Shown piece after piece: positions 54,165 to 64,000 of a stretch of DNA of 64,000 bases (its first letter is position 1; every line of letters begins with the position of its first letter). Origin of the DNA: an uncultured Chloroflexia bacterium (lineage in GTDB: Bacteria > Chloroflexota > Limnocylindria > QHBO01). The stretch covers positions 7,199 to 71,198 of the forward strand of contig CAVWAU010000002.1 of the NCBI GenBank assembly GCA_963753125.1, read 5' to 3'. The notes under the pieces were generated by a model. That model worked only from the letters and a program-made list of their open reading frames with translations, did no database searches and was not told the origin of the DNA. The translations under genes and the position numbers were made by a program.

Positions 54165-55302
54165 CTACCGGCCCTGCCAGGCGGCGGCGATGATCAGACG
54201 GAGCCCATCGCTGACCAGCGCGTGGCCACCGAACAGGAACGGAACCGATGCGCCGCTCGCCGCCTCGGTCAGCTCCCGGAGCCACGGGGTCGCGACCCGG
54301 CCGTGGTCGCCGAAGTCGGACGCGAAGCGCTCCTCGTCGGGAGGCCAGGCCGACGCGTCGGACGAGCCGGCCACCGATGCCATGAGCACCCGCGTGTCGA
54401 GGACGACGGCGTCGCCCAGCCGCGCGAGCTCCGCGATCAGATCGGCCGGCGAGGAGCGCGCCATGAGGGCGGCCAGGATGGATCGCGGATGGCTGTCCGG
54501 GTCGCGGGCGGAGCGCATGCCGCGCTCCTCGACCAGGCAGCGGACGCGGCACGCGGTCTCGGTCTCGAGCTCCTGCCAGGTGCTCGGCGGCACCCGTCCG
54601 GCGACCACCAGCTCCGCGCTCCGATCGCGGATCACCTCGCCGATCCGCTCGAGGTGCGGAACCTCGAGCGATCGGTCGCCCGGGAGCCGCGCCATCTCCA
54701 GGAAGCCGCGCAGCGAGCCGTCGAGCGGCCGCGTGCCCGGGAGCCGCGTCGCCAGACGCAGCAGCGCCAGGTCGAGCGTGGTGTCGACGTCGAACCGCGT
54801 CCACGGCGAGCCGCCGAGGTCGCGCCACGCGAAGCCCGCCTCGTTCGAGATGTCGCGCCGCCGCATTGTCCGTCTCGCACCCCGCGAGGGCGTCCAGCGC
54901 GCGCTCGAGGTCGCCGGCCACGACGAACGCATCGGCGCTGAAGCGGTTGTTGGCGACGACCTCGCCGGCGACCGGCGAGAGCAGGTCGTCGAGCGCGTCA
55001 TCGGCCAGGAGGCAGAGCGCCCCGCCTCCGGCGTAGCCGATCGCGTCGAGCGGGCCCTCGGCCGACGCGAGCGCGCTCCGCGCGGCGTCCACGAACCAGC
55101 GGCCCCAGTGGAACGCCTCGCCCGGACGGGGCTCGGCTCGAGCGGAAGCGGAGCGACCGCCGCGCCGAGACGGCCGAGGCGATGCGAGAGGTCGGCCGCC
55201 AGGAGTCGCTGTCCCTCGGCCGCGATGGCGGCGTGGGTCGCCGAACGGCTGCCCCTCGGCCGGCGTCGTGACGAGGACGAGGGGCGCGGGTCGCTCAGGC
55301 AT
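54165..55302 (-). CDS. Hypothetical protein with CofC/nucleotidyltransferase-like motif (frameshifted)
   Basis: FHWG, YAGGGA, NNRFSAD, FDVDTTLDL; family assignment tentative. Confidence 0.5.
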
Positions 55303-55913
55303 CGGTCACGGCGCCGTCGGTCTCCCGCAGCCGGTGGAGCTGCTCCAGGTGCATGAGGTCGTGGACGCCGACGAAGAGCAGCCACTCGCCGCATCGAAGG
55401 TGGCCGATGAGCGGATGCTTCATCAGGCATCGGTTCAGCTCGCTGCCCTCGATGCGCTCCGCCGCGAGGCGGATGCCGGCGCGCGACTTGTCGAGCAGCG
55501 TCAGCAGCTGCTCGACGCTGGCATCGGCCGGCCCGGGGACCGACGGCACGACGACCGGCGGCTGCTCCTCCGGCCACTGCCCGGCGGCGTCGAGCGACGC
55601 CCACGTGGCCAGGAAGCGGCGCGCGGCCGTGGTGTGCGCGAACGCCTGGGCGACGTTCCAGTCCTCCTCGCCGCCCGGCGCGCGGAGCAGCCGTTCGGGC
55701 AGCGCGCGGAGCACCCGTCGAGCTCGTCGCCGACCGCCTCCTGCTGGGCGAGGATGCGCGGCACACTGCCCTCCTGGACGCGGGCGCGGACCTCGCGCCG
55801 CAACGCCTTGAGCCCGGCAGGGTCCAGTCGAAGACGCGCCAGAAGGCGACGACGTCGGGCGCCTCGGCTTCGAGGCGCATCAGCCACGACGGCCGGTCGT
55901 CGGTGGAAGTCAC
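55295..55913 (-). CDS. DinB-family protein (frameshifted)
   Basis: WNVAQAFAH; HPLIG.L...EWL.F..VHD.MHLEQL. Confidence 0.8.
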
Positions 55914-55929
55914 TGCTCGTCCGCCAACG

Positions 55930-56362
55930 CCGCGACGAGGTGCGCCGAAGGACGGGTAGCGGTACGCGCCCGGGTACCACGTCGCGAAGTCCCACGCCTC
56001 CCACTCGCCTCCCGTGTCTAGTCCGGCGCGGGTTGATCAGCAGCACCCGCATGTCGGCCGTCGTCGAGACAACGATCGTGTCGCCAAGCTGCTCGGCCGG
56101 CATCGTCGCCGGATCACTCGGGTCGTCCGGAAGCGGTTCGGTAGGCGTCGATGGGCTCGGAACGGAGCGGTACCCCTCCATCCAACCCGCGAGCCACTCC
56201 GCTTCGCGGCGTGCGAATCGGTCGATCTCGCCCACTGGAAGCAGGCGTCAGCTGGTGATTGCCGGGCAGGCCTGCCGCGGCGAGAAGGCGAGCGCGGTAG
56301 GACGCCGGCAGCCGCAGACCGAGCCGGTCCTCGGTCGCCTGAATCTCGTCCTCGGTTCCCAC
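55930..56362 (-). pseudogene. SMI1/KNR4-family fragment
   Basis: TEDEIQATEDRLGLRLPASYR..L N-terminal motif; disrupted frames; boundaries approximate. Confidence 0.45.
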
Positions 56363-56374
56363 GCGGCCTGCGGG

Positions 56375-56704
56375 TCAGAGCCGCTCGAAGCGCTCGACCG
56401 GCTGGACGAAGACGGTGGCGCCGCCGACCTCCACCTCGACCGGGTAGGGCATGTAGAACTCGCCGGGCTCCATGATCGGCGGCATCGGGTTCACGAACTG
56501 CTTCCGGCTGTGGCAGTTGGCGCTGATGATGGCCAGCACGTCATCGACCTGGTCGTCCTCGACGCCGACCAGGATGGTGGCGTTGCCCTGCTTGAGGAAC
56601 CCGCCGGAGGAGTTGAAGCGCGTCGCGCGGTACTCCTTCTCGAGGAGCGCGTCGACGAGGGTCGCGGCGTCCTCGTTGTGCACGATGGCGGTGACGAGCT
56701 TCAT
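56375..56704 (-). CDS. darA: Cyclic-di-AMP receptor, PII-like (DarA/PstA)
   Basis: MKLV.AIV..ED; SSGGFLKQGNATILVG; EVEVGGATVFV. Confidence 0.92.
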   Translation of the reverse strand: MKLVTAIVHNEDAATLVDALLEKEYRATRFNSSGGFLKQGNATILVGVEDDQVDDVLAIISANCHSRKQFVNPMPPIMEPGEFYMPYPVEVEVGGATVFVQPVERFERL

Positions 56705-56822
56705 CGGTGGGCGGCTCCTTCGTTTCAGCGCGGGCACGGCGGCCGAGGGCCGGGTCGTTCGATTATGGCGCAGCCGGGAATGCAGCGAGGCGGCTGTACA
56801 CTTCGACGGCACTTCCGCGCAC

Positions 56823-58084
56823 GTGGAGCCACGCCATCACGGCCCCCGAGCCTCCCAGCGTCGCCCGTGGCTTTCTGTTCGCCGACCTGCGCAACTACTC
56901 GGCGTGGGTCGAGTCCCACGGAGACCATGCCGCGGCGATCCTGCTGCGCGCGTACCGCGACCTGGTGCGGCAGGCAGTCGCCGAGTTCGACGGCGCCGAG
57001 ATCAAGACCGAGGGCGACAGCTTCTACGTCGTCTTCGGCTCTCCGAGCGCGGCGCTCAACTGCGGCCTCCGCATCCTGGAGCTGGCCGCCGAGAGCCAGG
57101 CGGCCGCCGGCGCGGCGATCCCGGTCGGGATCGGCGTGCATGCCGGCGAGACCGTGGCCATGGACGATGGCTACGTCGGGTCGGTCGTCAACGTCGCGGC
57201 CCGCGTCTGTGCCCAGGCGGCCGCCGGCGAGCTGCTCGTCACCGATGCCGTCCGGTCGCTGACCCGGACCTATCTCGACGTCACGTTCCTACCTCGCGGT
57301 CGCAAGCGGCTGAAGGGCATCTCGGAGCCGGTCAGCCTGTACCGCGTCGTGCCCCGGCGACGCCGATGCTCGGGAACCGCGGTGGCGGTCTGTTGTGGCC
57401 CGCTGGCCGATCGCCGCCGCGGCGCCGGCGATCCTCGTCGTGGTCGTGGCATCTGCACTCATCGGCGGGGTGCTCATTCGCGGAGCCATCGGCGCGCCGG
57501 GATCCGGCTCGCCGGAGTCGGCCAGCCCGACCCCCCTGGATTCCCAGTCGGCGTCCTCCAGCGCATCGGCAGGTCCGGCAGAAGCATTCCCCGCGGCCGC
57601 GGAGACGGCGCTGCTTCAGTTGCTTCCCACCCAGGACCGGGAGAAGTGCCGGCGGGCAGATGCCGAGGATCGGCCGGTCGGCATTCTTGATCCCAGGTGG
57701 GCAACGACCCCCCAGAACGCGCGCTGGTGTCGGTCAAGGCGGGAATCGAGTGCAACCTTGGCGGAATCACCGCCCCGGACCAGCTCTGGATCTGGGACTG
57801 TCAACAACACCGGCCACGACAACGCTGACTCCGCTCTTGCGACGCATGGCGGGCTCGCCGGCGCGGCGCCCGGTACGTGCCGCGCAGGGCGCCCGGCGCT
57901 CGAGACGTGGTCCTTCGGTGGTACCAGCGGCAGGCTCGTCTGCTACGAATCGACCACCGGAGACGCCGTGCTGCTATGGACCATCGACGACACCCGGCTG
58001 TTCGGGAGGGCCCTGCGCGATGACCAGGACATGGACGCACTGCTCGATTGGTGGGAGAGGGTCGGTCGCTTCGCCGCTCCCTGA
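56823..58084 (+). CDS. Class III adenylate cyclase with TM helix and extracellular C-terminal domain (frameshifted; start approximate)
   Basis: FLFADL; IKTEGD; IGVHAGE; G..VNVAAR; LKG..EPV; TM ILVVVVASALIGGVLI. Confidence 0.8.
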
Positions 58085-58090
58085 CCGGCT

Positions 58091-58741
58091 TCAGAGCTTG
58101 AAGCGGCGCTCCACGACCTCGCGGATGGCCGCGTCGGCGTCCTCGACCGAGCCCGAGCCGTCGACGCTCACGAATCGATCGGGCTCGTCGGCGGCGAGCT
58201 GACGGTACGCGTCGCGCACCTGCTCGAAGAAGGCGACCTCCTCGGTGTTCTCGAATCGGTTCCACTCCGCCCGTCGGCGCGTCCGCTCGAGCCCGATCTC
58301 GACCGGCACGTCGATGAGGAGCGTCAGGTCGGGCCGCAGGCCGCCGGTCGCAAACGCCTGGAGCCGGCGCATCTCCGCCATGTCGTTGCCGTAGCCGGCG
58401 CCCTGGTAGGCCAGCGACGAGTCCGAGTAACGCGCGCAGACCACCCAGTCGCCGCGCTCGAGCGCCGGACCGATGACGCGGGCGACGTGCTGGGCACGTC
58501 CGGCGGCGTACAGGAGCGCATCGGCTCGAGGGTCCAGGTCATCGCTCATGCCGCGCATGTGGAGCACGATGCGCCGGACCTCCTCGCCGAGCGGTGTCCC
58601 ACCCGGCTCCTGGGTCAGGATCGTCGAGACCCCCCGGCTCCGGAGCCACTCGGCGAGATGGCGGGCCGCGGTTGTCTTGCCGCTTCCCTCCGGGCCCTCG
58701 AGCGTGATGAATCGACCGCGCGCCGGCGGCGGCTCGGTCAC
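58091..58741 (-). CDS. tmk: Thymidylate kinase
   Basis: FITLEGPEGSGKTT; EPGGT; RAQHV; SSLAYQG; PDLTLLID. Confidence 0.96.
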   Translation of the reverse strand: MTEPPPARGRFITLEGPEGSGKTTAARHLAEWLRSRGVSTILTQEPGGTPLGEEVRRIVLHMRGMSDDLDPRADALLYAAGRAQHVARVIGPALERGDWVVCARYSDSSLAYQGAGYGNDMAEMRRLQAFATGGLRPDLTLLIDVPVEIGLERTRRRAEWNRFENTEEVAFFEQVRDAYRQLAADEPDRFVSVDGSGSVEDADAAIREVVERRFKL

Positions 58742-58830
58742 GCGGGCGGCAGGATGCTGGGGACGATGAGCGCCAGCGCGAGGAGCGCCAGGATCACCAG
58801 CGCCGCGATGCGGCCGACGCGCCCACTCAT
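58738..58830 (-). CDS. 30-aa single-TM small protein
   Basis: [30 protein letters not shown]; ATGA overlap with the upstream gene and GTGA overlap with tmk. Confidence 0.6.
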   Translation of the reverse strand: MSGRVGRIAALVILALLALALIVPSILPPA

Positions 58831-60659
58831 CGCCAGCTCTTCCCTTCCTCGGGGATGAGCTCGACCCGCCGGTTCGGCTCGGAGCCACGCGAGCGCGACA
58901 TCAGGGCGTTCTTCTCTGCCAGCTGGTGCTGGAGCCGCCGCACGTACGCGTTCTGGGGAGCCAGCTCCACCGGCCGGCCCGACGCCTGCACCAGGCCGAT
59001 CGCCTCGGCCGTCTCGCGCAGCGCGGCCTCCTGCGGATCGGCCTCGAGGTCGAAGAGCGATGCCAGCATGCTCTCCATCTGGAGGATCGTGTTGGTCTTG
59101 AGCACGTAGATCGGCACGCCGTGCGATTCGGCGTCACGCAGCGCTGCCGGCTTGCGGCGGTAGTAGTTCCGCAGCGTGACGACGGCATCGGCCTCGTCGA
59201 GCTCGCGGGCAACCGTGACCGGTACGCCCAGCTCGCGCACCGCCTGCTCGAGCCGCTTGCGGCTCACGCCGAAGGCAAAGACGCTCATCGGCCGATGCGA
59301 GCGGGCTCGGTCGGAGGTCGGACGCTGGGCGCCGATCGGCCGGTCGACCGCTGCGCTGGCGTCCATCTCGGCCAGGGCCTGCTCGAGCTCGCGTCGAGCA
59401 TCGGTTGCGGGAACCGCCGCGACCGACGCGACGCCGGCGATCCGCTCGCCGGGAAGGGTCCGCTGGGCGCGGCCGCCCTCACCGCCGCCGGGCAGGGGTC
59501 GCAGGCCGCTGCGCTCGTACCGGCCCCCTCCGCCGCGGCCGCGCCCGAAGGCGCCGAAGCCGCCGGTCGGCTCGAGCGGAGCGAACGCCGGGTTGCCGGT
59601 GGCGGTCTCGCTGATGCGGTAGTCGTACTTCGTCATCGCCTTGAGCTCGCCGGCCTCGTCGCGGTAGCGCGCCTCCGGCGGGACCATGTGGCCGCGCAGG
59701 ATGGCGTCGACCGTCTCCGCCACGTTGCGGTGGACGATCACGTTGTCGCGCTCGACGATCTCGACCAGGATGTCGAAGGTCGGTGGCGCCTTGCGCTCGA
59801 GCACGGTCTTCTGCGTTCCGCGGCGGCGGGCCTCCTCGTCGCCCAGGGTGACCGGCTGGATGCCGCCGACCAGGTCGGAGAGGGTGGGGTTGAGCATCAG
59901 GTTGTCGAGCGTGTTGCCATGCGCCGTGCCGACCAGCTGGACGCCGCGCTCGGCGATCGTGCGGGCGGCGCCGGCCTCGAGCTCGGTGCCGATCTCGTCG
60001 ATGACGATCACCTCGGGCATGTGGTTCTCGACCGCCTCGATCATGACCGAGTGCTGGTCGGTCGGCGTCCGGACCTGCATCCGGCGCGCCTCGCCGATGC
60101 CGGGATGCGGGATGTCGCCGTCACCCGCGATCTCGTTGGAGGTGTCGACCACGATGACCCGCTTGCCGAGGTCGTCGGCCAGGACGCGGGCAACCTCGCG
60201 CAGCATGGTCGTCTTGCCGACGCCCGGCCGGCCGAGGATGAGGAGCGACTGCCCGGCCTCGGTGATGTCGCGGATGATGTCGATGGTGCCGAACACCGCG
60301 CGCCCGATGCGGCAGGTCAGGCCGACAACCTTGCCGGCGCGGTTGCGGATGGCGCTGATCCGGTGGAGCGTCCGCTCGATCCCGGCGCGGTTGTCGTCGC
60401 CGAAGACGCCGATGTGGTCGATGACGTGCGCGATATCGGCCTCGGTGATCTCCCGGTCGAGCAGGTCCTGCTCGCCGGTGGTGAAGCGCGCCTGCGGCCG
60501 GCGGCCGAGGTCCATCACGACCTCGAGCAGGTCGGTCCGGTTGGCGAGCCCTCGCAGCCGATCACAGATCTCGGGCGGGAGCGCCTCCATCAGCGCATCG
60601 AGGTCGTCGGTCGTCTCGCGGCGTGCCACGTCTCGTCTCGCCTCCCCTTCGCTCGTCAC
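58827..60659 (-). CDS. Ycf45/SpoIIIAA-like AAA+ ATPase with R3H domain
   Basis: GRPGVGKTT; [11 protein letters not shown]; IDEIG; [12 protein letters not shown]; [11 protein letters not shown]. Confidence 0.92.
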   Translation of the reverse strand: MTSEGEARRDVARRETTDDLDALMEALPPEICDRLRGLANRTDLLEVVMDLGRRPQARFTTGEQDLLDREITEADIAHVIDHIGVFGDDNRAGIERTLHRISAIRNRAGKVVGLTCRIGRAVFGTIDIIRDITEAGQSLLILGRPGVGKTTMLREVARVLADDLGKRVIVVDTSNEIAGDGDIPHPGIGEARRMQVRTPTDQHSVMIEAVENHMPEVIVIDEIGTELEAGAARTIAERGVQLVGTAHGNTLDNLMLNPTLSDLVGGIQPVTLGDEEARRRGTQKTVLERKAPPTFDILVEIVERDNVIVHRNVAETVDAILRGHMVPPEARYRDEAGELKAMTKYDYRISETATGNPAFAPLEPTGGFGAFGRGRGGGGRYERSGLRPLPGGGEGGRAQRTLPGERIAGVASVAAVPATDARRELEQALAEMDASAAVDRPIGAQRPTSDRARSHRPMSVFAFGVSRKRLEQAVRELGVPVTVARELDEADAVVTLRNYYRRKPAALRDAESHGVPIYVLKTNTILQMESMLASLFDLEADPQEAALRETAEAIGLVQASGRPVELAPQNAYVRRLQHQLAEKNALMSRSRGSEPNRRVELIPEEGKSWR

Positions 60660-61705
60660 CGGATCGCCGGGACCATCACCGGCTCTCGGACCTGCGCTCG
60701 GACCTCGCGAACGAGGAGCGTGACCCGGCCGATCGGCTCGAAGCCGGAGTCCTGTGCAGCGCGCGTGCCCGCCGACTCATATGTTCGCACCGGAGCGAGG
60801 ATCCCTGCAGCGATCGCCTCGCCGCCGATGCGTGCGAGCACGGCGCGCAGGAATCGGACGCCGTCAACGCCGTCTCGGACCAGGAAGCGGAGGTAGTGCG
60901 GGCCCGAGCGACAGGCCCCGTGCTGCGCGAATCCGCCGGCCCGCTGCTCCACCGGCAGCAGCCACGTCTCGACCTGGCTGAAGTGGAGGATCGGGTTGAG
61001 CGCGGAGCGCGGCACGATCGCCTCGTTGGCGGCCGACTCCCAGTCGGCGGGTGCGTAGCCCTCGAGCCGGGCGATGGCGGGTGGCGTCGCGTGCGTCCAC
61101 AGGTCGAACAGGTGCCACGCGTCCGGCGCGCCGGCCGGCTTGAGCTCGACGTCGTCGGTCGGTCCGCCTTTGCGGCCGTCACGGCTCACCACGGATCGCA
61201 GCCAGGATCGCGGGCCGTGTGCGGGCTCTGGCGCGCGCCACCAGATCTCCTCCTGCGCGTACGCGATGAAGCCGGCCTGGCCGAAGAGCTCCAGGTTCTC
61301 GCGGACGTCGGCGCATGCCGCGTGGAAGCGCGCCACGTTGTGGCCGGCACCTTCGGCGACGATGGCGTCGAGCAGGTCGTAGCGGATCTCGGCCGCCATC
61401 GGGCCGTCAGCCGCGTCGAGCTCGGTGATGACCCAGTCGTCGCGATGCGGCTCCTCGATGGCTCGGCAGCTGCCGACCAGCTCGCCCTCCACCTCGGCGA
61501 CGAGGTGCACCGACGGCGCGCGCAGCGGCAGCCAGGAGGGCATGAGCGTCGAGAGGCTGATGCGTGGGGTCCCCGCACTCGGCGCGGGGACGCCGAGGCT
61601 TCGGCGATGGGCGTCGCTCTCCGCGTGGACGCGGCGGGACAGCTCGGTCAGGGCCTGGCGGTCGGTCAGGCGCGCCGCTCGAATCGTCCGCTCGACGCTG
61701 ATCAC
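60656..61705 (-). CDS. Hypothetical tandem GNAT-fold-like protein
   Basis: [11 protein letters not shown]; F..AGF; GFEP; GTGA-coupled to pdxT. Confidence 0.55.
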   Translation of the reverse strand: MISVERTIRAARLTDRQALTELSRRVHAESDAHRRSLGVPAPSAGTPRISLSTLMPSWLPLRAPSVHLVAEVEGELVGSCRAIEEPHRDDWVITELDAADGPMAAEIRYDLLDAIVAEGAGHNVARFHAACADVRENLELFGQAGFIAYAQEEIWWRAPEPAHGPRSWLRSVVSRDGRKGGPTDDVELKPAGAPDAWHLFDLWTHATPPAIARLEGYAPADWESAANEAIVPRSALNPILHFSQVETWLLPVEQRAGGFAQHGACRSGPHYLRFLVRDGVDGVRFLRAVLARIGGEAIAAGILAPVRTYESAGTRAAQDSGFEPIGRVTLLVREVRAQVREPVMVPAIR

Positions 61706-62314
61706 GCCGGCCTCGCCGCGCCCCGCTCGATCATGTCGACCAGCAGCCGGTGCAGTCGGCGATCCGGGGTGAGCTCCGGATGGAAGGCCGTGGCCAGCAC
61801 GCGACCCTGCCGCACCGCGACCGGCGCCCCGTCGGCGTCGCGGGCCAGCACCTCGGCCATCGAGCCGACGTCGGTGACGAGCGGGGCGCGGATGAAGACG
61901 CCGTGGAGCGGCTCGCTCGCCCAGGGCCGGGATGTCGAGATCGGCCTCGAAGGAATCGAGCTGCCGGCCGTAGCCGTTGCGGCGCACCTCGATGTCGAGG
62001 AGGGAGAAGACCGGCTCGTCGCCATCGGCGATGCGGTCGGCAAGCAGGATCATGCCGGCGCAGGTCCCGAGCAGCGGCGCCCCGGTGCGCGCCAGCGACA
62101 GGATCGGATCGCGGAGGCCGTAGACGTCGATCAGCTTGCGCATGGTCGTCGACTCGCCCCCCGGCAGGATCAGCGCGTCGAGGTCGACGAGATCGCGCGG
62201 CAGGCGGACCTCGACCGGCTCGGCGCCGACGTCGCGGATGGCGGCCAGGTGCTCGCGGACGTCACCCTGCAGCGCGAGCACGCCGACGCGCGCTCGCCGT
62301 GGCTCTCCGGTCAT
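61702..62314 (-). CDS. pdxT: Pyridoxal 5'-phosphate synthase glutaminase subunit (frameshifted)
   Basis: GVLALQGD; PGGESTT; GTCAGMI; RNGYGRQ; FIRAP; FHPE. Confidence 0.96.
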
Positions 62315-62323
62315 GCGGGCGGC

Positions 62324-63215
<892 letters not shown>

Positions 63216-63512
63216 TCGTTCTTCCTGCTGGCACCGATGCCGGCGCTTCGCGCCGCCGGTTCGACGCACATTTACTCGTGGCACGCTCGACGCCCATGGC
63301 GTCGGCGCCTCGTCAGCGAGCCGCTCGGGCGACTCTGCCCGACCGAGGGACTGGCGCAGGGCGCTGGGTGCTCCGAGCTGCGGTCCTCGCCGACGTGCGA
63401 ATCGCGCATCAGCAGGCCAAGGCAATCGCTCGCGACGCGGGCCTGCGCCAGCCGTGCCGTGAGCACGAATCGCGATGATTGGTATGATCGCGCTCAGGAA
63501 GGCCTGCGCACG

Positions 63513-64000
63513 ATGATCAATGCACCCGTACTGGTCCTGAACCAGAACTACGAGCCGCTCAACGTCTGCGACATCAGGCGCGCATTCCGGCTGCTCGGTG
63601 CGGAAAAGGCCGAGCTCCTGGCTCGCAACCACCAGGTCATCCACACCTGACGATCGCCATCCCCGCGCCATCGGTGATCCGGCTCCAGTACCACGTCAAG
63701 CGACCGCAGCCGCGGGTCAAGCTGAGCCGCCGCGAGGTCTTCAGCCGCGACCGGCACACGTGCCAGTACTGCGGCTCGGTGCGCCGCGACCTGACCATCG
63801 ACCACGTGATGCCCAAGCATCGCGGCGGCCGGCACGAGTGGGACAACCTCGTCGCCGCCTGCCGGTCATGCAACCATCGCAAGGGCGGCAAGACGCTGGC
63901 CGAGGCGCGCATGACGCTGCTCCGCGAGCCGCGCGCGCCGCGCGCCGACCTGCGCTACCTGTTCGGCACCTACCTCGCCGACGAGCGCAACGACGCCTGG
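63513..64000 (+). CDS. HNH endonuclease, McrA-like (frameshift; runs off window end)
   Basis: [11 protein letters not shown]; PSVIRL; RD..TCQYCG; TIDHV.P..RGG..W.NLV.AC..CN..KG. Confidence 0.9.

Noticed and set aside
52840-55356. Long antisense and alternate-frame ORFs (838 aa here; also 29928-31904, 58926-60896 and others)
   Set aside because: Shadow ORFs typical of very high GC DNA, opposite well-supported genes and with no recognisable motifs.
55930-56362. Toxin-immunity system around the SMI1/KNR4 fragment
   Set aside because: No adjacent toxin gene, and the fragment looks degraded.
63513-64000. HNH nuclease as a mobile element or Cas9/IscB-like system
   Set aside because: It is a short stand-alone McrA-like HNH of a widespread chromosomal family; no RuvC motifs, repeats or element ends are visible.

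Overview
High-GC chromosomal window spanning the replication origin of a probable Chloroflexota bacterium. The taxonomy is inferred from the DnaA and DarA sequence style; the organism may be Limnocylindria-like. Gene order: jag-yidC-yidD-rnpA-rpmH / dnaA-oriC-dnaN-recF-dciA; a GT2/GT-C protein-glycosylation locus; tetR/oxidoreductase; an ABC-2 + tandem-GNAT operon behind a uORF/terminator leader; an Actinobacteria-like phosphatidylinositol-mannoside operon (arsR-pgsA-ino1-patA-patA-PHP-pimA) facing an ABC/MFS unit; a sortase-like gene; otsAB; a complex I (nuo) operon; then darA, an adenylate cyclase, tmk, ycf45-like, pdxST and an HNH nuclease. Many essential genes carry single-base frameshifts, most likely long-read errors, so boundaries were reconstructed across frames by eye. 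The most striking feature is the complex I operon. nuoI is split in two: its N-half appears fused to a degenerate NuoE, and its C-half is fused to the end of a NuoG-N/GltD-type NADPH flavoprotein that replaces canonical NuoG. NuoE and NuoF have lost Fe-S ligands. This suggests a complex I rewired for NADPH input. No CRISPR array, tRNA or rRNA was found.
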